Of a DNA stretch of 51,622 nucleotides, positions 27,446 through 37,699 are shown one piece after another (the stretch's first letter is position 1; the number at the start of each line of letters is the position of its first letter). Below the pieces are notes generated by a model that had not been told where the DNA came from, did no database searches, and saw nothing but the letters and a program-made list of their open reading frames with translations. Made by a program: the position numbers and the translations under genes. Source of the DNA: an uncultured Methanosarcinales archaeon (GTDB taxonomy: Archaea; Nanobdellota; Nanobdellia; Woesearchaeales; CAYVYK01); NCBI GenBank assembly GCA_964455675.1, contig CAYVYK010000012.1, forward strand, positions 1 to 51,622, given 5' to 3'.

Positions 27446-28714
27446 TTACCACTTCACATTACGACCGCGAGCAAACTGCACAAGAACGACGACCACGACA
27501 GCGCTCAGAAACAGGTAGTAATACATAAAGTAGATGGGAATCGGAAGCACACCGTGCTTTAACACTCGCTCATCCGCATGTAGGTGCGCAACATAGAACA
27601 GCGTCCCTGCGATCAAGGCGGCAAACCAGATGATGAACATCAGCGGCAAATTCATATCCAGGAAATTGAAATTAAAATGAAAGTCCTTCAAGAAAGGCCA
27701 GAAATCAAATCCCACAAGATACAGATGGTACACATTCTCGATAAAGGGGAGCACACCGAAGTAGACAAAAAAAACAATCGTCGATAGACAAAACAAAAAG
27801 CTCATGATGTTAACGGACATCATCAGAACACCGAAGTCACCATACTCCGTCTTCATGATCATCTTGCGATACTTCAAGAGATTGACGAGACCTCCCGTGA
27901 ACCAACGCTTCCGCTGGGCATAGAGATCACCAAACGTTGACGGGGTGTTCGTATCAACAAACGCCTTCGGGCACTGCTTGATCCGATAATTTCTCGACTG
28001 CATGCGATACGCAATCTCCATGTCCTCAGTCGGATTCCCCTCCTCAAAGCCGCCTTCCTTTCGCACGATATCAGTCCGATAGAGGCTAAATGGCCCTGGC
28101 GCAACAAAAATACAGTCCAGCCTACTCATGAGGCGGGCGACAAAAAGAAAAAAAAGATACTCGAGGCGCTGAAGCTTCTGTGCCATCGTCCGTGGCTCAC
28201 GTACTCGCATGGCCGGAGTCACTATTGCCAGGCGAGCGTCATCTTGAGCATAATAAAAAGCAAGCTGACGCCTCAGCGTCTCCTTCTGCACCATGGAATC
28301 AGCATCAAGGCAGACAAAGAATTCGCCCTTAGCCTTTGAGAGACCAAGATTCATGGCAGAAGCCTTCCCACCATTCTTCTTGGAAAAAAGCCTGATGGAT
28401 GAACCAGGATTCTCGTGAATGAACCTCTGTGCAATCTCTCTTGTCGAGTCCGTGCTTCCATCATCTACGACAATGACCTCCAACTTATCTTTTGGGTAAT
28501 TTAGCGAAACAACGGACTTTAAAGTCTTTCCAATAGCCTCTGCCTCATTATACGCAGGAACAATAATTGTCACAAACGGGAATTTCTGAAGTTTTGGAAC
28601 AGTGCGCTTGTCTTTCGTTGTATCAAGAAATGTCAGAAACCAGAAAAACGAGAAGTACATGGACAGGAAATACACTGTCCAGAGCACAGCATTCATGATA
28701 GGATCAACTTGCAT
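27446..28714 (-). CDS. Processive GT2 polysaccharide synthase (PgaC/IcaA/CesA-like)
   Basis: VPAYNE, DDGSTD, GKA.A.N, DAD, TED and QRKRW (D,D,D,QxxRW), with flanking TM helices. Confidence 0.9.
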   Translation of the reverse strand: MQVDPIMNAVLWTVYFLSMYFSFFWFLTFLDTTKDKRTVPKLQKFPFVTIIVPAYNEAEAIGKTLKSVVSLNYPKDKLEVIVVDDGSTDSTREIAQRFIHENPGSSIRLFSKKNGGKASAMNLGLSKAKGEFFVCLDADSMVQKETLRRQLAFYYAQDDARLAIVTPAMRVREPRTMAQKLQRLEYLFFLFVARLMSRLDCIFVAPGPFSLYRTDIVRKEGGFEEGNPTEDMEIAYRMQSRNYRIKQCPKAFVDTNTPSTFGDLYAQRKRWFTGGLVNLLKYRKMIMKTEYGDFGVLMMSVNIMSFLFCLSTIVFFVYFGVLPFIENVYHLYLVGFDFWPFLKDFHFNFNFLDMNLPLMFIIWFAALIAGTLFYVAHLHADERVLKHGVLPIPIYFMYYYLFLSAVVVVVLVQFARGRNVKW

Positions 28715-28721
28715 AGTCCAT

Positions 28722-30146
28722 CTACCTTGGAGTTGTCCGCGGAGGGATAACGTACCAAAATTCTACATACCCGTTGGAATAGACTTTTTTAAATGTTTCG
28801 CTATCCCGCAAAAGGAAAAGCAGACCCTCATCCTCGCGTACCCAAACTTCCCCATCCCGCATGGAAGCGTCTATATACACATAATTCACAGAATAGCTCG
28901 TCATCAAACGCCGAACATTCGCAAGATTCGTCTCGTGGTATATCACATTTGTGACATTCTCCCGCACATTAAGCTCAGGAGAATGCCTGAACACATCATC
29001 CATCAGAACCGTCCTATTCCCAGCCGCAGTGATCCACTGACCACGAGAGTAGGGGGCAAGAACCACAGCATTTGGTTTGGTGTAGCGCGACAGCCAATTC
29101 ATCGACTGCATGATCTCGTCATTTGGGGGATCATCATAATGCTCATGCACAAATGAAACCAAGGAAAACAGCAGCCCGCACACGAGCACCATCAGCGTCA
29201 CATGACGCAGCAAGGCAATCTCCCATTTTGCATCAAGGAAGTGAATAAATGCGTAAGCTGCAAAAAGCGCGGCCACAACCGCCCAATACCTCAAGAGATC
29301 GGGGTTCCTTGGGTAGAATAGCACGAGCACGAGTAGGATGTAGAGCGGAAACAATTGACGACGATCCCTCCAGGAAAGCAGAATCCCAATACAAACGAGA
29401 ATCCAGGAAAAGATACCAAGGCCGTACAGTCCGCCAAAATCAGACGTGAGATTAACAAGACGGTCGGGCTCAAGGAATGCTGGAGGTTCCGAGGCTGATC
29501 CAGCCGTCGCGATCTGCACAACAACGAGGATGATAATCGGAATAACCCAAGGATACATCTGCTTTAGGTCCAATTTCAGATAGCTGCGATGGCTGAAGGA
29601 GACAGAAAGCGCGAAAATCATCGCGAACACGCCAAAGAAGGGCAAGAGGAGAGGAACGATCCAGAATGGAATTTTCCACCAGGATGATCGCGACGCACCC
29701 ACAAGATAGAGAAGCACAAGAAATACAACAAATCCGGCGGGCGCGACCGTACAGTACAGCATCATGAAGGATGAAGATGCGACGAGCAGGATGATCATGA
29801 TCCAACGATCCCTCTCTACAACCAACGCATCAGAGAGCACAATCCACGCAAGCATCGCAGACAAAACACCAATGGTCAAGGACAGGTACAGCGCAGGAAA
29901 TGGCCAAAAGCGTAGCACCACATCAAAAGGAGTCACGAGATGAGGCCGCAAGCCAAAAATAAGAGGATCATCGACCACGAACTTCGCATCGACAAGACCA
30001 GCCATACGCTTCGCATAGTAATACTCAGAACCAGGAATGAGGGAGAGATCATACAGGGATGAACGGATCAGCGGAATAATAAGGAGGATAGCAAGAGCAA
30101 AAGCACCCACGAGCAGAATCTTCCACCAACTATCATGCTTCTTCAT
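28722..30146 (-). CDS. AglB/STT3-like (GT-C) polytopic membrane protein
   Basis: Multi-TM N-terminal region plus a C-terminal domain MNWL...T..NAVVLA....GQWI....NR...D ... Y.V.YVYI; no WWDYG. Confidence 0.6.
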   Translation of the reverse strand: MKKHDSWWKILLVGAFALAILLIIPLIRSSLYDLSLIPGSEYYYAKRMAGLVDAKFVVDDPLIFGLRPHLVTPFDVVLRFWPFPALYLSLTIGVLSAMLAWIVLSDALVVERDRWIMIILLVASSSFMMLYCTVAPAGFVVFLVLLYLVGASRSSWWKIPFWIVPLLLPFFGVFAMIFALSVSFSHRSYLKLDLKQMYPWVIPIIILVVVQIATAGSASEPPAFLEPDRLVNLTSDFGGLYGLGIFSWILVCIGILLSWRDRRQLFPLYILLVLVLFYPRNPDLLRYWAVVAALFAAYAFIHFLDAKWEIALLRHVTLMVLVCGLLFSLVSFVHEHYDDPPNDEIMQSMNWLSRYTKPNAVVLAPYSRGQWITAAGNRTVLMDDVFRHSPELNVRENVTNVIYHETNLANVRRLMTSYSVNYVYIDASMRDGEVWVREDEGLLFLLRDSETFKKVYSNGYVEFWYVIPPRTTPR

Positions 30147-31657
30147 ATTCTTGCCTCACGTGTCACAAATTTACAGGACGAGACGTCAATAATCCGAATG
30201 TCGCTATCGTAGACCAGTTTCATGCAAGGAGTACCAAGGTACACAAGATCCGAAACACCATACTCACGAAGAAGCCTCTGAGACACAAAAAGATAATCAA
30301 TGTCATACTTGTCAATCAGCTCAACAGGTTTACTCACAAAGGGGGACTGCACGATGCTTGAGGCATCTTCCCAGCGGACATTGACATCATCAACCATAAG
30401 GAACTGGAGATCCATCATATTCTTCCGTCCAGCAAAGTAAGCAATTAAAGAACCCTCGTCAGCAGTCGAAAAGACAACTGAATCAGGCCTTGAATTACTC
30501 CGCAACCACTGGATGGCATCCATAAAATCAGGAGAGATCGTACGGCGATTTGAATCATACGCATACACGACAGACGGAACAACAGAGGACACAAACATGA
30601 GGATAAGGAAAAGAGCCGTGATGAGCGATCTATAGCCAACAAGCTTTGTCTTCTCAAGATACGCTGACGAGGACGCATATGAAACACCAAGCAGGATGGT
30701 GAGCACGACACCAAGCAGCATTATGCCAGTGAGAAGAGGAATGAGTTTTAGCCAGAGAAGCACGAGAAATACAATCGCAAAACTGATGAAGAGATAGACC
30801 TCACGATTACGCTCACGGAATGTATAGCGGTAGATAATATAGATTCCGGCAAAGAACGGGATGATGCCTATACGGTAGATCGCATTGAACAAATCAAATT
30901 CGGCAAAGTACGTGGATAGCATCGCCCAAGGAATGTTCTGCCAGACCGTGTTTAAGCCGTGCATAAGAAACGCACGCTTGTAGAGCAGGAACTGCGTCCA
31001 TAACACGAGAAACAAGGAGAAAATGAAGAGCTCCACTTCAGGACGGTAGTCTGACATCTTCTCCGCCCGAAGCATGATAAGGTAACCCAAGAAACCGAGC
31101 AGAAACACAAACACAATCGGAGAGAGAAGAGTAAACACCATGATCCCCCCAAGGTATACATAGAGCATACGCTGATCACGAATGTGGAGAAGGGCGTACG
31201 AGAGGAAAAAAATGAGAGGAATGGATATGACTAATGTCGAAAGGGAGTTGTACGTACCGACAAAATACCCTGGCAGGAACGCAACGGCAAGCGCTGACAC
31301 TTGAGAGGCATGGACATTACCGGTCATCTTCTTCACAATCATATATACGATTGGAATAATGAGTACCGCCGCAAGGTTCGGCACGAGCTTTAGCACTGCT
31401 GAAGAAGAGAAAAGTAGCCAGATGCCCGCCAGAAGGTAGTGAAAAAACGGCGAGACAATGTGATAATTACCTGAGAAGCTCAATGGATCCTCAACAAGAA
31501 TCCTGCCAGTTGCACGAATATGCGAAACCTGCCGCAACACATCGTAGGAATGAGCATCAGAAAAGTAGGGAGTCTGAAAGCCGATGTAGAGCCTTGCAGC
31601 TAGCGCGACGAGCATGAGAATAACAACAATGATCGTCTCCTGATAGTTCCATTTCAT
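30143..31657 (-). CDS. AglB/STT3-like (GT-C) polytopic membrane protein, paralogue of 28722
   Basis: DPL.F.G, multi-TM region, AIQWL..NS..DSVVF....G.LI...A.RK...D and YDIDYLFV; start trimmed to ATG 31657, with TATA about 23 nt upstream. Confidence 0.65.
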   Translation of the reverse strand: MKWNYQETIIVVILMLVALAARLYIGFQTPYFSDAHSYDVLRQVSHIRATGRILVEDPLSFSGNYHIVSPFFHYLLAGIWLLFSSSAVLKLVPNLAAVLIIPIVYMIVKKMTGNVHASQVSALAVAFLPGYFVGTYNSLSTLVISIPLIFFLSYALLHIRDQRMLYVYLGGIMVFTLLSPIVFVFLLGFLGYLIMLRAEKMSDYRPEVELFIFSLFLVLWTQFLLYKRAFLMHGLNTVWQNIPWAMLSTYFAEFDLFNAIYRIGIIPFFAGIYIIYRYTFRERNREVYLFISFAIVFLVLLWLKLIPLLTGIMLLGVVLTILLGVSYASSSAYLEKTKLVGYRSLITALFLILMFVSSVVPSVVYAYDSNRRTISPDFMDAIQWLRSNSRPDSVVFSTADEGSLIAYFAGRKNMMDLQFLMVDDVNVRWEDASSIVQSPFVSKPVELIDKYDIDYLFVSQRLLREYGVSDLVYLGTPCMKLVYDSDIRIIDVSSCKFVTREARI

Positions 31658-31739
31658 CCACGGCAGAATGGAGGAGCAGTTTATAAAGATAGGCCTAGGT
31701 ACAAACATTTATTAACAGAATCCCCGAGCAAAAACACGT

Positions 31740-32387
31740 ATGAAAATCGCAGGTATCGAGGAAGCGGGACGAGGGCCGGTCATCGGGCCTATGGTCATGG
31801 TAGGCCTCCTTGTCAGAGAAGAAAACGAAAAACACCTCCGAGAGATCGGCGTCAAGGACTCTAAAATGCTTTCGCCACGACAGAGGGAGGAACTCTACAA
31901 AGAGATCATGCAGTACGTGGAGAAATATGAGATCGTAATCCTCGAGCCAAAAGATATCGATGATGCGGTACTTTCGAGAACATCCAACCTCAACCACCTT
32001 GAAGCGGACACAACTATCCGGATCATCAACAAACTCAATCCAAACAAAGCAATCCTTGACTGTCCGAGCACAAATACCGTCGCATACGCAAACGAGATAC
32101 GCAAAGGACTGCGGAACGAATCGATCATCATCCAAGCCGAACACAAAGCAGACGTGAAATACCCAATTGTCTCAGCGGCATCCATCATCGCAAAAGTAAC
32201 GCGAGACAAGGAAGTCGCAAAACTCCAGAAACAGATCGTTGATGATATCGGCTCAGGATACCCAGCAGATCCTCGAACGCAAGACTTCTTGAAAAGGAAC
32301 TACAACAATCCAAAACTGGCACACATCTTTCGCAAAAGTTGGGCGTCGTACAAAAACATGCAGACAAAAAGGATCACGGACTTTTAA
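31740..32387 (+). CDS. rnhB: Ribonuclease HII
   Basis: GIEEAGRGPVIGP, GVKDSK, LNHLE, HKAD, VSAASIIAKV.RD and GSGYP.DP. Confidence 0.95.
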   Translation: MKIAGIEEAGRGPVIGPMVMVGLLVREENEKHLREIGVKDSKMLSPRQREELYKEIMQYVEKYEIVILEPKDIDDAVLSRTSNLNHLEADTTIRIINKLNPNKAILDCPSTNTVAYANEIRKGLRNESIIIQAEHKADVKYPIVSAASIIAKVTRDKEVAKLQKQIVDDIGSGYPADPRTQDFLKRNYNNPKLAHIFRKSWASYKNMQTKRITDF

Positions 32388-32913
32388 TCTCCTTCATCAA
32401 ATTCTCGGCAAGCACATACAGGTTGATCGTATCCTCGCGGTTATAGAGAAGCAACTGATTCAAGAACTCAGGATTCTTCTTGCGCATGTACTTGCGCCAC
32501 AATTTTGAAGCGATGCGCTTCTTGTCCTCAACCTCTCGACGACGATAAATACCGTAGTGATGTTCCAACGTCAGCAAAGAGAATCCCTTATTTAGCTCCC
32601 TTGCAACCTCATACAAATCAAGATGTGGAACTTCTGGAACACAGCCAGGAAACTCGCGGTCAAGTGAGGGCAAGTCTGATGAAGTGCCGTTAAACGTGAT
32701 GATGAACTTCGCATCTACAAGAATCTTACGAAGGTTCTCGGCAGAAAGGTCCTTATCCTTGACGAGCGAGATGTAGCCATCGACCGGACCATTCTTCGGA
32801 CGAAAGAGGCCAACTACCGTAATGTCCCCATACTTACCAGTCCACTCCACATCAATACAGTACGCCTGGTACTTGTACCGCTGGTAGTATGCCTTTATTT
32901 TTTCGAGGTCCAT
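32374..32913 (-). CDS. YprB-like RNase H-fold (DEDD) exonuclease
   Basis: IDVEWTG, ITFNG..SDLP, HLDL and YNRED. Confidence 0.8.
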   Translation of the reverse strand: MDLEKIKAYYQRYKYQAYCIDVEWTGKYGDITVVGLFRPKNGPVDGYISLVKDKDLSAENLRKILVDAKFIITFNGTSSDLPSLDREFPGCVPEVPHLDLYEVARELNKGFSLLTLEHHYGIYRRREVEDKKRIASKLWRKYMRKKNPEFLNQLLLYNREDTINLYVLAENLMKEIKSP

Positions 32914-33051
32914 CTAATGATCTTGGGTACTCTCCGTATATAATACTTGTTTCGATACGCAAGAAATGTCCGCGGGGATTGCTAAAAAAGCCCTCAGGAA
33001 GGGTCAGAAGGTTTAAATAGAACAGAAGGCCATCAAAACAGAGCATCGGGA

Positions 33052-36000
33052 ATGACACGAATCAATCGCTTAGTCTGCCAGGGCTTTAAATCGTTTGGAA
33101 AAAGGGTTGAACTAGTGTTTGGGCCATCATTCAACTGCATCCTTGGCCCCAACGGAAGCGGGAAGAGCAACGTTATGGATGCCATATGCTTTGTCCTCGG
33201 CAAATCATCCGCAAAATCCATGCGCGCAGAGAAAGCGGCAAACCTCATATTCAACGGAGGAAAAAGCAAGAAGGGGGCTGGCCAGGGAGAAGTCAGCATC
33301 TATTTTGACAATGCCGACAAAACGTTCCCCACCGAAGATCAGGAAGTCAAGATCACTCGCATCGTGAAAAAGGACGGGGGGAGCAAGTACAAAATCAACG
33401 ACCAGCCACGGACACGCAACCAAATCATTGACCTCCTTGCCATGGCAAAGATCGATCCTGACGGATACAACATCATACTCCAGGGAGACATCGTACGCCT
33501 CGTCGAGATGTCACCCATCGAACGAAGGCTCATCATTGAGGAAATCGCAGGCATCTCCATCTATGAAGAGAAAAAGAACCAAGCACTTCTGGAACTTGAC
33601 AAAGTCGAGAAGCGACTCACGGAAGCCACTATCGTCCTCAAGGAGCGAGAAACCTATCTTAAAGAGCTCAAAGCAGACAGGAACCAAGCGCTCAAGTTCA
33701 AACAGCTGAACGACAAGATACGCTCAAACAAAGCATCGTACCTCAAGATCCAGATGAACAGAAAAGAGAAGGAGATCAGCGAGATCGAGGAGCGGATGGT
33801 CAAGTATCGAACTGAGATCGAGAAGTACCGCAACGAAATCGCGCAGCTTCGCGTCCAGATCGAAGAGAAAAAGAAAGAAATCGAGAAAATCACAAAAGAG
33901 ATTGAGACAAAAGGAGAAAAAGACCAGATCGAATTCCAAAAGGAACTTGAGCTTGCGCGCGTACAACTTGCCACAAGCAAGACAAAGATCACTTCCCACT
34001 CCCAAGAAATCGAGCGAACAAAGCAGCGCACGGAACAACTCCTCCGAAACAAACAGGAGCTCGAGAAAAAAATACAGAGCAATAACGACGAAAAAGCCGC
34101 ATATACCACGCAGAAAGGCACAGTCCAGAAAGAACTATCCGACATTGAGGAGAAGACAAAAGCGTTCAAGAAGAAGCACAATATCGAGGAGCAAACCGCT
34201 GAACTCGAGAAGCAGACTGACCTCCTTGACAAGCGTATCGAGGAACTACAAAACAAGATCAACAGGCTTCGGGAAGAGCAGCAAGACCTCCTGCGCAAGA
34301 AAGACCGCGCGGAACTCGAAATACGCGTGATGGACGACAAGATCAGCAAAGTCAAGGAAGTCGAAAAGCAACATAAGGACGAGATGGAAACACTCGCCAA
34401 GAAACGCGACGCGTTCAAGCAACTCACACTTGAGCTCAACAAACTCCTCACCGAAGGGTCAAACGTGGCAACAGAGCTTGCTGACCTCAAGAACAAACTC
34501 ACACAAGCAAGCGAGAACCTCGCCAGGCTTCAGGCGAAAAACGCAGGAATCCGAGAACGAATGAGCTCAAGCGAGGCTGTCAAAGCAATCATAGAAAACC
34601 GAAAGAAACTTGGAGGAATCCACGGGACTGTCGCGGACCTTGGCGATGTGCCAGGAGAGTACTCGCTTGCGCTTGAGATCGCGGGCGGAGCGCGCATCAA
34701 CAGCATCGTCGTCGAGAATGACACGACCGCAGCAAAATGTATCCAGTTCCTCCGCGAGAAAAAACTCGGGCGCGCGACGTTCCTTCCACTGAACAAGATT
34801 AAAGGCAAAGGACTTGACGAGGAAGCAAAAAAGGCAGCGAAGAGCAAAGACGTCCTTGGCCTTGCCATCAACCTCGTCACGTTCGACCAGAAATATGCAC
34901 ACGTATTCTCCTATGTCTTTGAATCAACACTCGTCGTCAAAAGCCTCCAGACAACGCAGGATCTTGGCATTGGCAAATACCGCATGGTCACACTCGACGG
35001 AGACCTTACCGAACACTCAGGAGCGATGCATGGCGGATACAGCGCCCGAAAGGCTAGCGCATTCAGGGAAAAAGAACTCACCGAAGAGATATCCGGAAGC
35101 GAATCCGCCGTCGCCAAGATCGAAGGAAGAATATTCGAGCTCACAAAGCAGAGGGAAATCAACGAGAAAGCAATCACTGAACTACGCAGCAGAAAAGCAG
35201 AACTTGAAGGGGATATCATCAAGACAGAGCGGGGCCTGCACATCGACGAGAGCGACCTTGAAGCATCGAAAGCCTACAAGAAGAAATTGCAGGAGGAACT
35301 CGCAGAGCACGACAAGAAACTCAGAGAACTTGATGAGGAGATACGATCAGACACCATGGAGATCGCGAAGGCAAAAACAGAAAGACTCAAGACAAAAGAT
35401 CAAATGAACCAGCTCAAAAATCCAGTACTGCTTGCCGAACTCAACGCGTTCGAAACAAGGAAGGAACAGCTCAAAGAACGGTTGGTAAAAGCAGAAGCAG
35501 AGATCAAGACAATTGACGTACAGAACGATAACATATTGATGCCAGAAATCCAGAGCATCACAAAAATCCTGACAGACCAGGAAAAGGAAATCAAGAAGTT
35601 CGAGGGTGAGATAGCAGAGCTAAAAGCACGGGTGCAAAAAGAAGAGACCGAGCTTAAGGCAAAGGAAGAGAAACAAAAAGAGCTGTTCGCTAAGTTCAAG
35701 GACCTCTTCGAAGCACGAAGCAAGCACAGCAACGACCTGTCCAAGCTCGAAAATTCGTCCATCCTCGCCGACGACCGCGCGCGAGGAGAAGAGTATAAGG
35801 CAAACACACTATCGCTTGAGCAGGCGAAGATAAAAGCAGAGCTTGCTGGCCTAACCGAAGAGTATGTACAATACGAAGGAGTCGAGCTTGACCTCGAAAA
35901 ACCAGAAGAGCAAATGAAAAACGAGATCAGGCAGTTTGAGAAACTCCAGGGCGACCTTGGAAGCGTGAACATGCGCGCACTTGAGATCTATGAGACCGTT

Positions 36001-36549
36001 GAGCGCGAATTCAACAGCCTGCTAGAGAAAAAAGAAGTACTCTCAAAAGAGAAAGGCGACGTTGAAAAACTGATCAATGAGATTGAAGGAAAGAAAACCG
36101 ATCTCTTCTTGAAAACATTCGAAGCCATCGACCACAAGTTCAGAGATATATTCACAAAACTCACCACGAAAGGAAGCGAAGCATTCATTGAACTGGAGAA
36201 TAAGGAAACTCCGCTCCTTGAAGGAGTGCGCATCAGGGTTAAGATCTCTGGCGACAAATTCCTTGATATCAGGTCACTCTCGGGAGGAGAGAAGACCATG
36301 ACAGCACTAGCCTTCATCTTCGCAATCCAAGAATACGAGCCGGCAAAATTCTATGTCCTTGATGAAGTTGACGCGGCACTTGACAAACACAACTCCGAGA
36401 AGTTCTCAAACTTAATCCACAAGTACGCGGAGAATGCGCAGTACCTCATCATTTCCCACAATGACACTGTCATCTCGAAAGCGTCCGTGCTCTATGGAGT
36501 GAGCATGAACGAGCATGGAATCAGCAACGTCATATCGCTTAAAGTGTGA
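33052..36549 (+). CDS. smc: Chromosome segregation protein SMC
   Basis: GFKSF, Walker A GPNGSGKSN, Q-loop, hinge GRATFLPL, signature LSGGEK, Walker B LDEVDAALD and ISH. Confidence 0.97.
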   Translation: MTRINRLVCQGFKSFGKRVELVFGPSFNCILGPNGSGKSNVMDAICFVLGKSSAKSMRAEKAANLIFNGGKSKKGAGQGEVSIYFDNADKTFPTEDQEVKITRIVKKDGGSKYKINDQPRTRNQIIDLLAMAKIDPDGYNIILQGDIVRLVEMSPIERRLIIEEIAGISIYEEKKNQALLELDKVEKRLTEATIVLKERETYLKELKADRNQALKFKQLNDKIRSNKASYLKIQMNRKEKEISEIEERMVKYRTEIEKYRNEIAQLRVQIEEKKKEIEKITKEIETKGEKDQIEFQKELELARVQLATSKTKITSHSQEIERTKQRTEQLLRNKQELEKKIQSNNDEKAAYTTQKGTVQKELSDIEEKTKAFKKKHNIEEQTAELEKQTDLLDKRIEELQNKINRLREEQQDLLRKKDRAELEIRVMDDKISKVKEVEKQHKDEMETLAKKRDAFKQLTLELNKLLTEGSNVATELADLKNKLTQASENLARLQAKNAGIRERMSSSEAVKAIIENRKKLGGIHGTVADLGDVPGEYSLALEIAGGARINSIVVENDTTAAKCIQFLREKKLGRATFLPLNKIKGKGLDEEAKKAAKSKDVLGLAINLVTFDQKYAHVFSYVFESTLVVKSLQTTQDLGIGKYRMVTLDGDLTEHSGAMHGGYSARKASAFREKELTEEISGSESAVAKIEGRIFELTKQREINEKAITELRSRKAELEGDIIKTERGLHIDESDLEASKAYKKKLQEELAEHDKKLRELDEEIRSDTMEIAKAKTERLKTKDQMNQLKNPVLLAELNAFETRKEQLKERLVKAEAEIKTIDVQNDNILMPEIQSITKILTDQEKEIKKFEGEIAELKARVQKEETELKAKEEKQKELFAKFKDLFEARSKHSNDLSKLENSSILADDRARGEEYKANTLSLEQAKIKAELAGLTEEYVQYEGVELDLEKPEEQMKNEIRQFEKLQGDLGSVNMRALEIYETVEREFNSLLEKKEVLSKEKGDVEKLINEIEGKKTDLFLKTFEAIDHKFRDIFTKLTTKGSEAFIELENKETPLLEGVRIRVKISGDKFLDIRSLSGGEKTMTALAFIFAIQEYEPAKFYVLDEVDAALDKHNSEKFSNLIHKYAENAQYLIISHNDTVISKASVLYGVSMNEHGISNVISLKV

Positions 36550-36562
36550 TAGCACTCTAACC

Positions 36563-37699
36563 CTAGAATTCCTTCAACACAGATCGTATCTTCTCGACAC
36601 TATCCGCCCAGCGGTAATAGGTCACGATCGTCTTCCTCGCGTTTGATCCTGCCATATGACGCATGTCCGCATTTGTCACGAGCTTGTCCAATTTCTTTGA
36701 GAGATCCACAGAGTCACCTGCTGGAAAGAAGTAACCGTTATACCCCGGCAAGATGTAACGTCTAATGTAGCCTACGGGAGTCGTAATAACCGCACAACCA
36801 CATGACATCGCTTCCATCGTGCTTAATGACGTAGTCTCCGTAAGGCTTGGCAGCACGTACACGTCAATCGCCTGCAAGTAGGGTATGACATTATCAATGA
36901 CACCAAGATTGTGCATGCCGTCGCCCTTAAAAAGGTCCGTGATCTCGGGAACACCGGTACCGATGATCACGAGCTCAACGTGAGGGTGAATTTTTCTCAG
37001 CTCGAGAAACGCCTTATGCAATGTCGGCAAATCCTTCTCGCGGCCGATACGGCCGTGAAAACCAATGTACACCTTTGATTGGTCCCAACCGAGACGTGTC
37101 TTCATCTCACTCCGATTCCTCGCAGGCACAAACACGCGAGTGTTCACACCAAGGTGAACAACCTTCTTCTGAACAATGATACCTTCACGATGAAAGAGAT
37201 CCTTCACGTCTTTACTTGGCACCATAATCAAGTCGCACTTATTGTAAAGCCAGCGTATGAAAGGCTTCGTCAAAGACTCGACGAGAGAACGGTTCTTCCC
37301 GATACTCTCGCGCACGAGCTCCCACTCAATACTATGAGCGTACGCAATTACCGCCTTCTCTAATCTCCTTCCATAGAACGCGGCAAGTCCGCCAATCGGA
37401 CCAATCGTTTGGATCCAGACAATATCACTTTCCGAAACCAGCTGACGCATCAGACGGAAACGGAGCTTCGGAATGTTGTAATCACCGACGCGAAAACGGT
37501 TCAGGGGAATGCGTACCACACGGATACCAGATAGAAGGTCCTTCTTCCCAGGAAAATTTGGGGCAACAACGGTGATATCGAAATCAACGCTGAGGAAGGG
37601 CAATACCTCCTTCAGAAACCTTGCGATACCGTCCCAGCGCGGCAGAAAATTGTCTGTAGCGATAAGGAGCTTCTTTTTGGCAGGTAAGTCGGTTGTCAT
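36563..37699 (-). CDS. GT4 glycosyltransferase
   Basis: IATDNFLP..DGI, GRIGREK and PSLTETTSLSTMEAM. Confidence 0.9.
   Translation of the reverse strand: MTTDLPAKKKLLIATDNFLPRWDGIARFLKEVLPFLSVDFDITVVAPNFPGKKDLLSGIRVVRIPLNRFRVGDYNIPKLRFRLMRQLVSESDIVWIQTIGPIGGLAAFYGRRLEKAVIAYAHSIEWELVRESIGKNRSLVESLTKPFIRWLYNKCDLIMVPSKDVKDLFHREGIIVQKKVVHLGVNTRVFVPARNRSEMKTRLGWDQSKVYIGFHGRIGREKDLPTLHKAFLELRKIHPHVELVIIGTGVPEITDLFKGDGMHNLGVIDNVIPYLQAIDVYVLPSLTETTSLSTMEAMSCGCAVITTPVGYIRRYILPGYNGYFFPAGDSVDLSKKLDKLVTNADMRHMAGSNARKTIVTYYRWADSVEKIRSVLKEF

Noticed and set aside
33052..36549. SMC as part of a Wadjet/MksBEF or Rad50 system; absence of scpA/scpB
   Set aside because: It is a canonical hinge-containing SMC with no jet, mks or mre11 neighbours; kleisin genes are often unlinked, so absence from the window is uninformative.
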